Assembly (NCBI GenBank): GCA_000002445.1
Contig: CH464491.1
Coordinates: 4,640,001-4,704,000 of the forward strand
DNA from: Trypanosoma brucei
Taxonomy: Eukaryota
Direction: 5' to 3'
Length of the DNA: 64,000 nt
Shown: in pieces, positions 62,791 to 64,000 of the stretch
Layout of the letters: each line of letters opens with the position of its first letter
Numbering within the stretch: position 1 is the first letter of the stretch
Translations under genes and position numbers: made by a program
The notes under the pieces: model-generated
Told to the model about the DNA's origin: nothing
Databases searched by the model: none
The model's input: the letters and a program-made list of their open reading frames with translations, nothing else

Positions 62791-64000
62791 ACCGTGAGGG
62801 GAACCGCCCAACCCGTGGTAGGGTTGTTCGATGCTTTCCGACTTGCAGCCGCTCTTTCCATGGTGATAGCATCTTGGTCTGAAATCGCCAATTTTAGCTC
62901 GTATTTCCGAGCTGCTTTCCTTGCCAGCCTTTAAATGGTCTTCCAAACATAATCGAAGCGGCGTAAATATTGCCTATTCAATCGTTACCTGATCCATTTT
63001 AGCGACAAAGTCTCCACATCCACCTGTTGTAACGGTAACTCCTGTTTCTCAGTATCAGAGGCCACCTTGGTTTGATGGGTGCGTCGGAGAATGCTGTGTC
63101 CCTGAAATAAAGGTCCTGTCCTCTTATTCCTCCTCGTTGGATTTGGAACCTTCCACAGTGACGTAGCCCACTTCCCCTCCGTTTCTACATGAGCGCCGTT
63201 AAATCTACTGACTTGTTTAGTACTGCCACGGACGGTCCCAAATAGCTAACAGTGCTCCGACGAAATTCCATGGGGTCCGTGTGTTTTTCCATCTGGGCAA
63301 GAATGCATGGATAGAGGTCTTTTTGTATCACCGCTGCGGAAACATGAGGTAGAGACCCCCTTTTATAGAATGTACTGTCATTCCGTAAGGTTTCAGAATG
63401 TTTTCCATGCCTCTTGTGCTGATGGTGGTTATTTTTTCTTCATCCGCCCTCTGCCTTACGACTTTCTTCAACTTTTTGGCGTCCTCGCAGGCGATGACCG
63501 CATATCTCGCTGCTCTGTGAATGTCCAACTTGAAGGTCTTTGGGAGGATCACCCAGTCGACGATCAGTGCTCCCTCGACCTAAGGATGAGCGACAAAATT
63601 TTCCTTTTGCAGAGAAGCAATCTCTCCCCAACGGCTGGCAGTGACCCAAGCCAGACGCATGGCTACTCGATCTCTTTCCAGTTCCGTTGTGTCGACTATC
63701 ATGTCCAACTCCTACCTCTGCATGGGGCGGGCCTGCTTTATTGATTTTTCACCACTTTTCTCTGCAAACCCGACAAAAAGATTCTTTCTGGCGTCTTTCA
63801 CTCCACTAGCATCGACAAAAGAGTTCTTGTACACCTCACGGCGCTGCTTTTGGCCAGTTCCAAACTCACAATGAAGATGGGAACATTCTCTTTGCTTGGC
63901 TCCACGTTGTGTTTTGCCGCAAACTCGCAGAATCTTCTGAGAATCGACCGCCGCTGCTCCCAAGTTGACTGTCTCCTCATGACCCTTGCTATGCAATTCG

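Overview
The window is a silent subtelomeric variant surface glycoprotein (VSG) array of a Trypanosoma brucei-group genome, heavily colonised by ingi/RIME non-LTR retrotransposons. Four lines of evidence converge. First, the VSG-like coding regions show diagnostic N-terminal domain motifs, cysteine-rich C-terminal domains and GPI-anchor signals (e.g. ...CRNASFLVTKQLAMMVSAFMALLF). Second, 70-bp-repeat units of the form (TAA)n + GAGAGTGTTGTGAGTGTGTATATAC... sit about 250 bp downstream of each VSG and 1.5-1.8 kb upstream of the next. Third, the conserved VSG 3'UTR 16-mer TGATATATTTTAACAC is present. Fourth, five ingi copies and one RIME carry the canonical 5' end (CCCTGGCGATGCCGGCCACCTCAACGTGG...), APE endonuclease, RT (FADD), RNase H and C2H2 zinc-finger regions, a 3' poly(A), and the 2A-like motif LLSGDVEENPGP. 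I count 9 near-full-length VSG pseudogenes, all broken by frameshifts, stops or ingi truncation, plus 3 VSG fragments. VSGs at 3.6-17 kb are on the + strand; VSGs at 23-37.5 kb and the fragments at 47.8-50.7 kb are on the - strand. The orientation switch occurs exactly at ingi copy 1. Retroelements occupy about 27 kb of the 64 kb. There are four 100-N scaffold gaps, two inside (TAA)n tracts and two inside ingi copies, so repeat lengths and some junctions are assembly-dependent. No rRNA, tRNA, expression-site-associated genes or intact protein-coding genes were seen. I see no evidence for a new biological system; everything fits known T. brucei subtelomere biology. The observations most worth a second look are an ingi whose 5' 654 bp is inverted in place with a 13-bp junction duplication, ingi copies sitting at every cassette-rearrangement breakpoint, and an unassigned 230-codon ORF plus GC-rich segment next to ingi copy 5 and the RIME.
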